A stretch of DNA of 63,826 nt, filler included, from Corallochytrium limacisporum Hawaii (taxonomy: Eukaryota > Protista > Pluriformea), in the NCBI GenBank assembly GCA_002811645.1. It is 5 parts of 5 records of this genome, joined end to end, with 100 filler letters (N's around TTAATTAATTAA, not from the genome) between each part and the next. Parts side by side here need not be neighbours in the genome. Positions count along the whole stretch, not along the records: positions 25,323 to 52,589 come from PDIP01000161.1; 4 more parts are not named here. One strand, written 5' to 3'. A program made the position numbers and the translations under genes. The notes under the pieces are model-generated. The model was not told the DNA's origin. It searched no databases and saw only the letters and a program-made list of their open reading frames with translations. Below are positions 32,377 through 44,409 of the stretch, one piece after another. Numbering within the stretch: position 1 is the first letter of the stretch; each line of letters opens with the position of its first letter.

Positions 32377-33663
32377 CTACACGTGACCACCCTCGCTCCA
32401 GCTCTTGATCATCTGTCCAGCAATAACCAGACGTTGCACCTCACTAGTTCCCTCGTAAATCTCAGTGATGCGAGAGTCCCTATAGAACCGTTCGGCGGGC
32501 ATGTCGGTGACGTAGCCCATGCCACCGAGCACCTGAATGCACTGGTGGGTGATGAAAGCAGAGGCCTCAGATGCAGCGAGCTTGGCAGCAGCGGCCTCCT
32601 TAGAGTACGGTTTGCCAGCATCCTTCAGTGCAGCAGCTTTCCAGGTCAACAGGCGCGCAGAGTCGAGCTTGACATGCATGTCAGCCATCTTGAACTGAAT
32701 GGCTTGCAACTTGTTGATGGGCTGCCCGAAGGCCTTGCGGGTCTGGGCATAGTCCATGGCACACTCCAGGGCAGCCTGACCAATGCCCAGGGCTTGGGAC
32801 GCGATGCCGATGCGCCCGGCGTCCAGGGTCTTCATGGCAATCTTAAAGCCATCACCAAAATCACCAAGCAAGTGATCCTTCGGGATCTTGCAGTCCTCAA
32901 AGATTAGCGTGCACGTGGAAGACGCCCGGATGCCAAGTTTGTCCTCCTTTTTACCGTAGCTCAACCCGATAGCGCCACGCGGGACCAGAAAAGCACTGAT
33001 ACCCTTGTGCTTCTTTGACTTGTCAGTGGTAGCGAACACAACCGTGGCTTCTGCGTCGGGACCGTTGGTGATCCAAGCCTTGGACCCGTTAAGAAGGAAG
33101 TGGTCACCCTCATCCCTGGCAGTGGTGGAAGCAGCCCCGGCATCGGATCCATTTCCGGGTTCAGAAAGCGCAAAGCAACCCGTCTTCTCGCCTGACGCGA
33201 ACGGAGTAAGGTATTTCTGCTTCTGGCTGTCGTTTGCGGCCATGTTGACGGGTCCACAGTACAGACTGTTGTTCACGCTCATCAACACACCAGTACTGGC
33301 ACAGCCGCGGCTGATCTCTTCCATAGCAATAGAGTAGGCAAGGTAGCCCATGCCAGTGCCGCCGTATTCTTCGGGCACGTCCATGCCCATCAGACCGAGT
33401 TCACCGAGCTTCTTTACCTGTTCGGTTGGGTACTGGTGGTTGCGGTCGAGCTCGCCAGCAACGGGCACCAGTTCCTGGTCAGCAAAGTCGCGACACATCT
33501 GGCGTAACATCTTGAGCTCTTCGGGCAGATCAACCATGGGGTTGCCTTGGAGAGCCAATGCAGATGCGTAGCCACGGACAGCGACAGGGGCCGCGACGGA
33601 GCGAACATTGGAAACTTGTCCGGCCGAGCGAATGGCGGAGCGGAGTACGTTGCGTGCAATCAT
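32377..33663 (-). CDS. ACADS: Mitochondrial short-chain acyl-CoA dehydrogenase
   Basis: Arg-rich transit peptide; [57 protein letters not shown] and [17 protein letters not shown]. Confidence 0.95.
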   Translation of the reverse strand: MIARNVLRSAIRSAGQVSNVRSVAAPVAVRGYASALALQGNPMVDLPEELKMLRQMCRDFADQELVPVAGELDRNHQYPTEQVKKLGELGLMGMDVPEEYGGTGMGYLAYSIAMEEISRGCASTGVLMSVNNSLYCGPVNMAANDSQKQKYLTPFASGEKTGCFALSEPGNGSDAGAASTTARDEGDHFLLNGSKAWITNGPDAEATVVFATTDKSKKHKGISAFLVPRGAIGLSYGKKEDKLGIRASSTCTLIFEDCKIPKDHLLGDFGDGFKIAMKTLDAGRIGIASQALGIGQAALECAMDYAQTRKAFGQPINKLQAIQFKMADMHVKLDSARLLTWKAAALKDAGKPYSKEAAAAKLAASEASAFITHQCIQVLGGMGYVTDMPAERFYRDSRITEIYEGTSEVQRLVIAGQMIKSWSEGGHV

Positions 33664-35384
33664 TGTGTTGTTGTAATCGACCCGGACTTCTCTTTCTAAA
33701 TTGATTCTGATTGTGTGGAGCCACCTATCTATTGACTTGATTCTTTAAAGCCCTATGCTGGGTTCAGGTCTCGTTCTGAACAGGGGTAGACTAGGATATC
33801 ATAGTTGGCATAGTTTCACTGACCGACCGTACTTGTTTGAAATAGTATTGACATCTTCGCTTTGTACTCCACGCAACCTGCAACGGATTCGCGACGCCAA
33901 AGAACAAGTCACGTCCAAAAGGCAGGTGATGGCACATCAAGAGCCACAAGGCAGCTGATTCCCCAGGTATCGTCCGCAGTGTCCACCACCAGTGATTGCT
34001 TACTCATGGCCCCGCGGGCCGCCGAATCCCCCCGCTCACGCTGCGCTCCGCCTCGCCGACCAGCTGATTCGATGCGTGACCCGTTGGGGAGGGTCCCCGT
34101 GCCCGTGCTCGGTCAAAAGATTTGGTATAACACGGGCTCAAGTTGTTGGGTTTATGATTTGCGCCGTCACCGATCCGTGTGTTCCGTACCCGTTCTAATA
34201 TCTCCTGCGCTGGGCAGTTCAGTAAAGAATAGTGGCCGTCGGGAAGATTTCAAAAAAAAAAAAAAAGGAAAGGGAAAAAAAATAAACACAAGTGAATGAA
34301 AACACACTGCCTGCAAAATGGAACCCTAACGCCCAAAGGAAGTGGAAACCTTGACCCCTTCTGGAGAGAGAAGGGGGGGGGTTGGCACGCTGACGGCGTG
34401 ATGATTGATGGGGACCCATACCGCGCCCTTCCAGGGTTTTAGTTGAAGTTTCACAGATCCCGGGCGCTTTTTAAACTATTCGGGACCTGAGATTGGTTTC
34501 TCGTGCTCTCGTTGAGTGGTGGTGGTGGTGTGGTGGGTGATGGTTGGATTTACTGCTCCGCTCAGGGACGAGAAACACGCTCATACCCGCGCACACACAC
34601 GAAACGCACATTGCACGAAACAGCGGAAAAAGATCAGTGGTAGCCGTCCTTTGTCACGACACACTCCAATTCCGGGTTCATTTCGGGGACAGCGAGACAC
34701 ACGAGCGAGTCGGACACGCTAGTCTGAGGTAACGTACACAGCGCTGGGTCTGGTCGTGGTGAACCGGACCGGATAGGGACGGTCGCAGTTCGTGTATAAT
34801 GCGAATTGTCAAACTACGAAGCTGGACTCTGATGCGCGTGCATGTCGATGTCTGTGTAATGGTGCGATCGTGCACGCACACAGAGAGAGAGAGACAAAGA
34901 GTGGGCTCAGCGGTGGTGTGCGTAAGCGTGAAATGCCCAGAATTGAAAATGAGAGTGACACATTTCCGTCCGACGACGGCAGACAGACAGACAACCACGG
35001 GAAAGATCCAAAGGGAAAAAACCCCCAGAATTCCAGGGGCGTGATTACAATATCGATGGGGTATTATGCAAAGTCAGTATATTATATTTCAATAATACAA
35101 AATACAATATGGAACAAAATATCATTAGTCAGTATATTATAAATTCCACGAGAGGGCAGCGATGCCAATACGCTCTCTTGCTGATGGTCCATTTCCCCTC
35201 CCCCCCTTTTTTTTTTTGCTTTGGACAACGACGGACGGCCAGTCTGGTTACCCAACTGCTACGGCGTTCTGAGCGAAAGATTTGGAGTCGAGAGAGGGCG
35301 AAGCGGACCGGGGGTGTGTATAGATCAACAAGAGAGATTGTCCCCTCCTCCTCTCCCCCCTCCTCCCCAATCGCGTGGCTTCAG

Positions 35385-35850
35385 TATATACACACACACA
35401 CACACTCACGCACAATACACCGGGGACGAGCGATGATTACATCCCCCTTCCCCCCTTTTCCTTCCTTCCTCCCACCGCCTCTTTCGGGAGTTCTCTCACC
35501 CGGCTTCCTCCCAAAGCAGTGAGAGTGCGTGTGTCTCTCACTCAGGCACTCACTCTCTCGCTCTCTTTGCCTTCCTCTTCCGCCCGGCCGGGCCTGGCCA
35601 AAGAATTTGCGACCGCATCCACTCTTCGACTCTCTCACTCTCTCACTCACTCTTCGCTCGCGCGCTCTCAATACACACACACACACACACATACGCACAC
35701 CCCCATCATCCATAGTATCAACGTATTCATCACCATCGTCTTCTTCCCGGCACACACTCTGCCGCAACCAGGGAACCCGAAACTCCTTATCTCGGAGGAA
35801 TCCCTTCCCCACTTTCGTACACACACACACACACACTCTCTCTCTCTCTC
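35385..35850. repeat. Cluster of (CA)n/(TC)n microsatellites
   Basis: Multiple CACACA and CTCTCT tracts. Confidence 0.8.
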
Positions 35851-36369
35851 TGTGTGGTGGCTGGCTTCCCTTTTTTATATTACCACCGTAGCCTTTTCTT
35901 ACAACCATGGCCAAAGGGGCCGGCACGGTTGGTGGTGGTTTTGGGGGGGAGGGGGGTTTCTATTTTTTGGTTGTTGTTCCCCGGGGAAACGATGGCGGGG
36001 AGGGGACCTTAGACACACACACACACCCCCCGCGGCCCGGTGAATGATGGATAGCTTACAAAACGACAAAGGGGGGGGGATGGGAAGGGAAGCAGAACGC
36101 AGCAGAGAACCCCGGCCCGGCGGGGGGGGGGAGAGAGAGAGACGAGGCAAAGGGCAGCACATTCATAGATGATTAAGGACGCCGCTCGGGGCTGCTTAGA
36201 TGGAAACGGAGGAGAGTAATTAGGGGAGGCGTTTGAGGTGCCAATGTACCGGCTTCTTTCGTCAGCAAAGAAAATAGAAATAGAAAGGAAACCCCCCCCC
36301 CAAAAAAAAGAAAAAAATGGCACGGAAAGAACCACAAAGAAAATCGGGGGCCGGATTTTTGAGAGCGGC

Positions 36370-36371
<2 letters not shown>

Positions 36372-36428
<57 letters not shown>
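36372..36428 (+). repeat. (GA)n microsatellite, about 28 units
   Basis: Direct read. Confidence 0.95.
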
Positions 36429-36435
<7 letters not shown>

Positions 36436-37333
36436 TACTTTCTGCTGTTGTGCGTGTGCGTGTGTGTGTGTGTGTGCGTCTGGCGCCCGGCTCCCTTTTC
36501 GGGACCGCTAGCGTGGGCCCAGCGGCCGGATCCCGGCGCGGGGCAAGGGTGGGAGGTGTGTTCACCCCTCGGAGCCTGTGTGCGAGAGAGAGAGACAGAG
36601 ACACCGAAAGGCAAAACGAAGTAAAAAAAATTCGCATAGAAAAAGGCCCGAGGACCGCACCCCCGGGCGAATTTTGGCCCCTCCCCCGCGGCGGTGGAGG
36701 AGGGGGGGTGGGCCGGATACGAGGAGCGAAGAGCGAGACAAAAATGACAGAGCGAAGACCGGGGAGGAGGGATTTGATGGTGCCAGCAGCGGGCCCCGAA
36801 CTCCCCCTACCCCCCCAATTTTCTATGGCCCAGCAACCGCGGCAACGACGACGGAAGGTGCGGTAAAGGGGGAAAAAAAACCAAAAAAAAAAAAACCCTG
36901 GCCCATTCCAACCCTGGGAGAGGGGACGAGGGGAGGGGGGGGGGAAGCGAGAAGGTGGTCATTCTCTCTCTCTTTCTCTTTTTCCTTTTGGTTGGGTGTG
37001 TTCTGTTGGCACGCGACTGTGCGGTACAAAACCAAGGGGAAAAAAAGAGGGAACTCTGGAATTTCTTTAATTCCGTTCGGGGGTGGAATCACGGGAGGAG
37101 AAAAGGGGGGGGGAGAGATGGCGTGAGCGAAGAAAGGGTTGGGTGGAAGAGTCATTTCGAACAAAACACGGGGATCGCGGCGAGGCTTCTGTGGGTTGGT
37201 ATTTGGAGCGACTGTTGCATGGTTTAGTGGTGTGATTGATACGAGAATCAAATCGTAGTTAGCATTATAGAGGTGGTATAGTGGCAATAAGGGGAACATG
37301 CCTTGAGGGCAATGTAAAATAGTAAAGCTAACG

Positions 37334-38551
37334 ATGACACCAGCGTACATAACGGAAGAACAGCGGATCGCAAATACACAGATCACACAAATGCCCGTGA
37401 GTGTTAATGCAGTGGAGCAACTGAGCTCTATGTTCACCGCCTATGACAATACAGCACTGGCCGCAGTCCTTGAATCATGCGGCGGTAACTTCAACCGTAC
37501 CGTGGATGTGTTGCTCTCCATGGAAGGGGACACTGTCGCCAAGTCACCGGGTCCATTGGCAGGCAAACAGCGACGACAACAACAACAAGAAAAACCACAA
37601 CAACAGCAGCCACAGCAACAGGAACAGAAAGAGCAGAGTTCTACCGTAGATCCTTCAATAGTCACCGTCCAAGCATTGCCCACACAGGAGACAGGTGAGA
37701 AGGATGGCAAGGAGGGAGAACCGGCGGAGCCCCGGATAGATCAGACAACTACAGTAGCGAAGGGGTCAACGTCTGTTCAAACAGCGTCTGTCGCAGCAGA
37801 TATCCGCTCCACGCCATACGTTGGACGCCTTCCGCCAGACTTTCTTGTCGTTGACCCGGACGAGCTCCTCGCACGACAGCTGGCGCAGATGGAGCAAGAA
37901 GAATACCAACGGCGCCTGGCTGCCCAAAAACAGCGCAAACAGAAACAGCGGCCGCAGCAACAGCAGCGCAACAGTACTGACAGTGAGGGCCAGGCGAGCG
38001 AAACTGTGGCTGTCAAGGAACGATTGTCTCGCTTCAGCACAAAGATCAGCGAGATGTATACAAACTTCAAGTCGGGCTCGGATCAGCAGCTGCAGCCGCA
38101 ACAACAGCCGCACGAATCTTCATCAACGGAGGCATCAGGAGCGCGACGGGACGTATCACCAGCATTTGCCAACGCAGAAGTTCACGATGAGAAGTCGGCA
38201 ACTCCCGAGCAGCCCAACGGAAGAGAGCAACGGGGCAGTATCGAACTCAATGGAGGCTCCGAAAAGTCACCACCACGAAACAGCAATAACAGTCCCCGAA
38301 CGTCCTCAGGCAGTTCGCGCGGTGGAAGTGGCGGCATCTTCCACCGTCGGAGTGGATCCCACGCTAGCAGCAGTGGCTCTGGTGGCAGTGGTCTGCTCTC
38401 CCGCTTCCGCACGTCTCGGGACTATGGACCGAACCCACACGCAAAGCTCTACAACACCGAGGAAGCCATGCTCATTGACGAGAATCCGTTTGCGATCGAG
38501 AGCACGGATGATTTGTTTCAGCAGAGCAACGGCAACGCTGTGACTTCGTAA
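37334..38551 (+). CDS. CUE-domain ubiquitin-binding protein (Cue5/CUEDC1-like); true start may be ATG 37391
   Basis: AVEQLSSMFTAYDNTALAAVLESCGGNFNRTVDVLLSM CUE motif; LPPDFL; DELLARQL; Q/S-rich disordered remainder with NPF near the C-terminus. Confidence 0.8.
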   Translation: MTPAYITEEQRIANTQITQMPVSVNAVEQLSSMFTAYDNTALAAVLESCGGNFNRTVDVLLSMEGDTVAKSPGPLAGKQRRQQQQEKPQQQQPQQQEQKEQSSTVDPSIVTVQALPTQETGEKDGKEGEPAEPRIDQTTTVAKGSTSVQTASVAADIRSTPYVGRLPPDFLVVDPDELLARQLAQMEQEEYQRRLAAQKQRKQKQRPQQQQRNSTDSEGQASETVAVKERLSRFSTKISEMYTNFKSGSDQQLQPQQQPHESSSTEASGARRDVSPAFANAEVHDEKSATPEQPNGREQRGSIELNGGSEKSPPRNSNNSPRTSSGSSRGGSGGIFHRRSGSHASSSGSGGSGLLSRFRTSRDYGPNPHAKLYNTEEAMLIDENPFAIESTDDLFQQSNGNAVTS

Positions 38552-38890
38552 GAAATGATCAAAATAGAATGTATTGAGAAATCTGTGTACCAAAAAGCTC
38601 GATTTGGGGCAAGGTTCTCTACCCACGACACCCCCGGTTTGAGACACCCGCCAGCTGACCGTTTCCCCACTCCACGCGACCGTCCCGCCCCCTACGGTCC
38701 CCCGCCCTCCCCTCTCCCTCTCTTACCAAGGGCCAGGTGCGGGTCCTGTTCAGCGGCACACGCTTTGCAAACTGTCTGTCCACATCGGCTATTTCACTGC
38801 GTAGAGGAAGTCACCATTGGCATGGTCTTGCTCTGTGATGATCATGCGGTGCATAGTAGTGTATAATAGAATAGATAAAGAGAACAGACC

Positions 38891-41188
38891 ATGGAAACAC
38901 TTCAGCAGGAAATGGACCGGGCGTTCGATCCCCCGGAGGACGAGGAGGATGCAGAAAACGGTCAACAGCAAGGTGGAGGGTCAATAGTACTGGAAGCTGA
39001 CAAGCTCAAGGATGAAGGAAAAGCATTCTTAAATTTCTGGGAATGGATGTGTACCAACGGATTCGAACCGCATCCGGCGCTTCGCATGCGGATCAACCCT
39101 ACGACCGGTCGGGGTATTGTCGTCTCGAAGTTGGTCAAGGAAGGAGAGACACTATTCAAAATTCCCAACGGTCTTTTGCTAGACGAGTTCACTACGGGAT
39201 TGAGCAAAGACATTGCCGAGTGGGACTGGAAAGATCAGGACGAAGAGACCACCGAGCAGCGGGAAGCAAAGGATCTGCATCTCATAAACGATGGATCGGA
39301 GGATATCATGGACCAGGATGAGGGGAATACCGATGACGACGGAGAGCAGAAGGGATCCCACGACCGCCTGATTGCGGCTATGATCTACGAAGTCTGCTTG
39401 GGGTCGCAATCTTTCTTCAAACCCTACCTCGACGTCCTCCCAAGGGATCTCGATGTTCCCATGCGATGGAGCAAAGTTGAGCAGGATAAGTTGCTCAAAG
39501 GTACACCAATCTACAACGCACTGGACCAATCTTCGCTCCGGCAGCATCACGAAGAGGAGTTCCTGCCTTTCGTTCGTGCAAACCTTAACAAAATCAAGCC
39601 CAACCCTGCCAACTTTGAGGACCCGAGTGGTGTACCCAACCCGGAGAGCTTCGAACTCTACGAATGGTGTGGCCTCATCATTGCGGCCTACGCCTTTAGC
39701 GGGGAGAGGGAGATAGATGAGGCTCACAGCGATGGACAGAATGGGAACAATGACGATAGGAACACCCGCTTGATCACCTCATTGGTGCCCATGGCCGACA
39801 TGCTGAATCATCGCACTGGCTATTGCAACTCTAACCTTGAAGGTGCTGGGGAGAACGGTACTACTTCGAGCATGAAGGCCGTAAGGCCCATTCTACCCCA
39901 CTACGAGTGCTTTAACACCTATGGCAATATTGGCAATGCGGAACTGCTCTTTAAATATGGTTTTGTGGATTATCCAAACGTCTTTAGCACCACAACCTTG
40001 GACTGGCGCTGGGCCGTGCAGCGCAGCGAGGAGGAGCACACCAAGACCGCACGTACCGAACAGTGGCGCCTGAAGTCATCCATCCTCAGACGGTGGTCTG
40101 CCTACCTTGGCCGCAGTGAACAAGGCCTTATGGACGTAGAGTACATGGCACGTAGTGTGACACAGTCTGACATTGAGCGAAATGGTTTGCCCAAGTTCAA
40201 AACACCGCCTAGTCTGCGATTCATCGCTGCCATCCACTGCCTAAATGAGAGTCAAGCGCGCGAGTTTCTGGAGGAGATTATGCCACAGTGCGAGTACCGC
40301 ACCGGGATGGTGGAGCTGATCTCTGCGGAGAAGCCACTGGATCTGGACTGGTGTGCGAAGCAAGGCTGGACGGATCACAAGGGCGAGGCCCTGACCCTCG
40401 GTAATGAGGCGCAGTACCGTGCCATGCTAGAAGATCAGTCTGGGGACGCGGATGTCGCTACCCTGCCTGACGATTGGAACTGGGCAGCCGTCAACGGCCC
40501 CGATGGCGACACGCACCCCTTGCTTTTCTGTGCATGGCGTGGGATGCTGCACGCCAAGAATGACGCACTGCGGGCCATGGCCTTCTGTGAGAATGTCGTG
40601 CGGAGTTGGCGGGACCACCTGCGTTCCGAAGTGTTCGTCGGTGGACGTCTGGACTTTGACGTGGACTCTGAAACCACTGTCCCCGAGACCATCGCCCCGG
40701 AGACGGTGGAGGAGGCGAAGCAGCGGGCAGCCCTGTGGCGCAAGACGGATGATGAGCTGGAGCAGGACCAGTGTCACCCGCTGAACGTCGCTATATCATC
40801 CACGGACATGGATGTACGGTGGCAGGAGGCACTCTGGTGGTGGCGCTCGTACAGGAGGGCCGAAGAGAGTTCCATGGCGGACGCCCAGAACACAGCCACG
40901 CCCCCCAACCCCCACCGTTTGAACCGCTTTGAATGGGATGTCCTGCACTGCGCCATCAATCGTAGCCGGGAGAGCAAGGCGCGGTTCCTGTGCTGGGAAC
41001 AGGTCCGCATGCTCACGGAGCTGGAGGAACAGTACGCCACAATACGCGAAGAGGTCCTTGAAGCGCAGCGAGCGGCGTCGCTCAAGCGAAGCAACGAGAA
41101 TCGGGCCGCGGAGCGGGCCAAGGCAACAAAGTCGGCGCGAGACAAAAAGCGTGAGAAGCACCTGAAGAAGCGGCAGAAACGAGCGTGA
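38891..41188 (+). CDS. SET-domain protein-lysine methyltransferase (SETD6/Rkm4 class)
   Basis: GRGIV, SFFKPYLDVLP, LVPMADMLNH and CFNTYGNIGNAELLFKYGF; basic C-terminal tail. Confidence 0.85.
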   Translation: METLQQEMDRAFDPPEDEEDAENGQQQGGGSIVLEADKLKDEGKAFLNFWEWMCTNGFEPHPALRMRINPTTGRGIVVSKLVKEGETLFKIPNGLLLDEFTTGLSKDIAEWDWKDQDEETTEQREAKDLHLINDGSEDIMDQDEGNTDDDGEQKGSHDRLIAAMIYEVCLGSQSFFKPYLDVLPRDLDVPMRWSKVEQDKLLKGTPIYNALDQSSLRQHHEEEFLPFVRANLNKIKPNPANFEDPSGVPNPESFELYEWCGLIIAAYAFSGEREIDEAHSDGQNGNNDDRNTRLITSLVPMADMLNHRTGYCNSNLEGAGENGTTSSMKAVRPILPHYECFNTYGNIGNAELLFKYGFVDYPNVFSTTTLDWRWAVQRSEEEHTKTARTEQWRLKSSILRRWSAYLGRSEQGLMDVEYMARSVTQSDIERNGLPKFKTPPSLRFIAAIHCLNESQAREFLEEIMPQCEYRTGMVELISAEKPLDLDWCAKQGWTDHKGEALTLGNEAQYRAMLEDQSGDADVATLPDDWNWAAVNGPDGDTHPLLFCAWRGMLHAKNDALRAMAFCENVVRSWRDHLRSEVFVGGRLDFDVDSETTVPETIAPETVEEAKQRAALWRKTDDELEQDQCHPLNVAISSTDMDVRWQEALWWWRSYRRAEESSMADAQNTATPPNPHRLNRFEWDVLHCAINRSRESKARFLCWEQVRMLTELEEQYATIREEVLEAQRAASLKRSNENRAAERAKATKSARDKKREKHLKKRQKRA

Positions 41189-41364
41189 ACCGACGTCCAC
41201 ATCTCGCACCACTGCCAAATTAAAAGCACCAGTTTAACTACCATTGTGTTCACTTGCTATCAACGAAAAAATTATTTTAACTAACCTATGTCGCTTGCGC
41301 TGCTCTAAACCTTTTCGGTGATGTTTCTTTAGCGTTCGTCCTGTTCCGTTCATTGGTGGCCATG

Positions 41365-44169
41365 CTAACGAAATGGATCAAAGGCAGACAGATCATTGCC
41401 GCCGCTCTGCTGCTGCTGTTGGCCGTCTGGTTGCAACGGTTTTGGCCGCGATGGGGTGACTGGATGCCGAGACGGTGCCATCGGGGGGCGCGCTGGTGGA
41501 ATTGGTGCCGCTCCACGCATCGCGGTCCCGCGCTCTGCGGTGGCGCCGGTCAGAGTCCGAGTTGGCTCCTGCGAAGAGGCCTTGCCGCCAAAGGGATCAA
41601 GGCCTGCAAAAGCGCCTCCCGATCCATGTGTGGCCGTTGTGTTCCGTGCCGGGCTCTGCGTTACCGCAGCAGAACGCGGGGGTGGCTGCGGTGAAAGTGG
41701 GCGGGATGTTCTTGTCGAAGGCTGGCTCTGCCAGAACGTTCCACCGGACACACCGCCCGTCCCGTACGCGGCTCTCTGATTAATGGTAGTGGGAGCAGCA
41801 GACGATGTAAATCCCTGTCCACCACTGGCTAACATGCCGCTGAAGTTGTTTGTTCCAGTTGACCGGGTAGGTGCAGTCGTCTCTCCTGGCCAGGCATCAT
41901 CAGCAGCTGAAACGGCCTCACTAGTGTCCCTGGGCGATCCGGGCCATGGGTCATCAACACCTGAGGCGGTGGCTGCGGGCTGCGATGCCCAGAAGGAACC
42001 TCCGCCTCCGTCACCACCGGACCCAGGTTGCGCAGCTGCCGCAGTTGTAGCGGCAGTGGAGGATGATAGACTCAGACCGCCAACGAGATCCAAAAGATCA
42101 GCGTTCATGCCTGCGGGTGCCCGGGGAGAGGTCAGCCCAGCGTCCCGGCTGGCGCTGCTTAGCTGGACGGCATCCACTTTGATCACGTCGTTCACGTCGT
42201 CATCAAACTCGATCAGTTTTGATTCCGTTGGCTTTTGTGCAGATGGCTCGGCTGCCTTAGGCATGGCAGTCTGGTTGCTACTTCCTGTCTCACCTTTGTT
42301 GACGATGTCATCAGTGCCGATAATGTCGCTAGTGTCATTATAGTCGATACCACCGCTGGAACCGCCCATGTCGCCGGATTGGATCGATCCTTCATTGCTA
42401 CCACCGATGTTGCCGCTGCCATACGCGCGTGCAAAATGCTCCTTACCCTGCAGTATACGCTCCCGAGTCGAAGACAGCGAAGCAGACAGCTTTGTCCGTG
42501 CCTTGCGAGTGTCGATGCGCTTGACACGCTCGCTCAAGTCAGCACGCAGTTGATTCATCCGGTCCTTCAGTTCCCCCCGGCGGATCGCTTCACCATAAGC
42601 CTCTTCGTATACATCGAAGAGATCCCGGCCGCCATGTAGGCGGTTGTTGTGGCGGTCCGCCGCGGTCACGGTGCCGGTTAGGTCGCCGTCGGGTGCGCTT
42701 GAAATGGATACAGTCTTCTGAAGGTCGTCGTCACTACCAAGGCGTTCATGGACAAACTGTTGGAACATCTGCAGGTCTAGGAATTGTGCAAGGAACTGGC
42801 GGTGGCCTGAGGGTCTGCTCATAATCAGGCTTTCAATATCGACCAAAGAGTCCGCAGTCTGACCCTTCCTGATATCCTGTTGAGGCACCCTCTGATCAGT
42901 ATCGTTTGTTGCTCCGTTACCGTCTCCCCCCATGTACAAATCATTCACCCCATTTCCACTGTCCATTACGGACGCAAATCGCCGGAAGTCTCCGTAACAA
43001 GCAATATGGAAGTTTAGGAATGCTCGCGCCAAGTCGTCCTCATAGCCCGCGGTGGTGTGCAGCGAATTGCCGCTACCACCGCCGCCAGAGCCCAGACTGC
43101 GCAGTAGGCGCTGCCGCAGGTCCGCCGGAAGGGCATGGAGATCATCGGTAGGATCATGCACCTCACGCGTGTCAAGGTGAATGATTGTCACATCCTCCTC
43201 TAACCGGGACGCCATGGCTGCGGGCATGAAAGACGAGTGGATACCAATCACGTATGGCATGGGTGCAGTGACATAGTCGACCAAATCCTCAGGCAAGATC
43301 GGAATGAACACGTGTTGCCATTCGAGCGGGTAGAGCAATGCACTGCAGGCACGCACGCACGCCGTAACCTGACTCAGCGCACTGCCCACGAACAACAAGC
43401 GCCGCTCCATGAGTAGATTCGCAAAGATTCGTGCTAAGTTCGTGCCCGACAGAGAGCTCCAGAGTGTGTAGAGGGGAATGTGGTCGGGAATCTTTGGCAG
43501 TTTCCGCGCGCTGGTTCCGCACTGTAGTAGTAAAGACTCCCTACCGTCATTGCTCAGCGCAATATCCAGCTGTTCTCCCCGCTTTACCCTCGGGAAATGG
43601 CTCAGAGTGAGGACTACGTCATTGCTCTTCTGGTACTCCTTCATTTCCCGCATATTCACAAGCGCCTCCAGCAGTTGCGCAAAGAACGAGTACCAGTCCA
43701 ACGGACTCAGGCACACTAAACAGTCGAGCTGCTGCAACGGTTTCCTATGACTCGATCCAGCGGATGTCCCGTAAGCCCTAGCAGCACTTCGTGCAACCAT
43801 GGCACCGCTCTGTTGTACCTCTACGAACCGACAATAACCATACGTCCGCGTTCCCTCCAACGATGTCAACACGAAACTGAACATCTCCGACTCTGGATCC
43901 TTGTGATCTGCCCGGTACGGAAAGCAGAACTTCTCGATCATAGGGAAGTCTGGCGCATCATCCGGGACTCTCTGCAAAACATCGACATCCACTGCACCCG
44001 AGTATTCGACGTTTTGTGGTGCCCGTCCACTTGTCTCGCGCTCTTCCTTATCAGGGGATTCGCCCACACCAGCTGCGCGGTTACGAAAGACGTAGAATCC
44101 ATACAGAAACGAACACATCCCATCCGGCAGCGGAATGGGCACATTGGGCCCTCCACCACTGGCTGCCAT
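41365..44169 (-). CDS. DENND1: DENN-domain Rab GEF, DENND1/connecdenn-like
   Basis: FCFP, FSFVLT..GTRTYGYCRF, LLMERRLLF, LLYPLEWQHVFIPILP, APMPYVIGIH and QMFQQFV; tail with clathrin/AP-2-type motifs (DLLDL, DPW, DPF x2). Confidence 0.85.
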   Translation of the reverse strand: MAASGGGPNVPIPLPDGMCSFLYGFYVFRNRAAGVGESPDKEERETSGRAPQNVEYSGAVDVDVLQRVPDDAPDFPMIEKFCFPYRADHKDPESEMFSFVLTSLEGTRTYGYCRFVEVQQSGAMVARSAARAYGTSAGSSHRKPLQQLDCLVCLSPLDWYSFFAQLLEALVNMREMKEYQKSNDVVLTLSHFPRVKRGEQLDIALSNDGRESLLLQCGTSARKLPKIPDHIPLYTLWSSLSGTNLARIFANLLMERRLLFVGSALSQVTACVRACSALLYPLEWQHVFIPILPEDLVDYVTAPMPYVIGIHSSFMPAAMASRLEEDVTIIHLDTREVHDPTDDLHALPADLRQRLLRSLGSGGGGSGNSLHTTAGYEDDLARAFLNFHIACYGDFRRFASVMDSGNGVNDLYMGGDGNGATNDTDQRVPQQDIRKGQTADSLVDIESLIMSRPSGHRQFLAQFLDLQMFQQFVHERLGSDDDLQKTVSISSAPDGDLTGTVTAADRHNNRLHGGRDLFDVYEEAYGEAIRRGELKDRMNQLRADLSERVKRIDTRKARTKLSASLSSTRERILQGKEHFARAYGSGNIGGSNEGSIQSGDMGGSSGGIDYNDTSDIIGTDDIVNKGETGSSNQTAMPKAAEPSAQKPTESKLIEFDDDVNDVIKVDAVQLSSASRDAGLTSPRAPAGMNADLLDLVGGLSLSSSTAATTAAAAQPGSGGDGGGGSFWASQPAATASGVDDPWPGSPRDTSEAVSAADDAWPGETTAPTRSTGTNNFSGMLASGGQGFTSSAAPTTINQRAAYGTGGVSGGTFWQSQPSTRTSRPLSPQPPPRSAAVTQSPARNTTATHGSGGAFAGLDPFGGKASSQEPTRTLTGATAERGTAMRGAAPIPPARPPMAPSRHPVTPSRPKPLQPDGQQQQQSGGNDLSAFDPFR

Positions 44170-44409
44170 TGTGTATGCGTGCCTTAACTATGCTATCTGA
44201 TTGTGATTGTTGTGTGTTAGTCCTCCCGACGTTAACGAAGACTATGTCATGGTGTGTCCTCTATTTGGGCTTCCCATCGGGATCGAGCTAAGTAACAAGA
44301 ATTTCCACTCTTGTATTGCTAAGAGCTAGTGTTCTTATCGATTGGAATTAAGCAACACATTGTTTCTGAAGTACCAAGGATGGCTTCCATGAAATAAACC
44401 GCCTACATC

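Noticed and set aside
35375-37437. ORFs of 120-220 aa in the microsatellite region
   Set aside because: Translations are dipeptide repeats (HT, SL, RE, CV) produced by simple repeats
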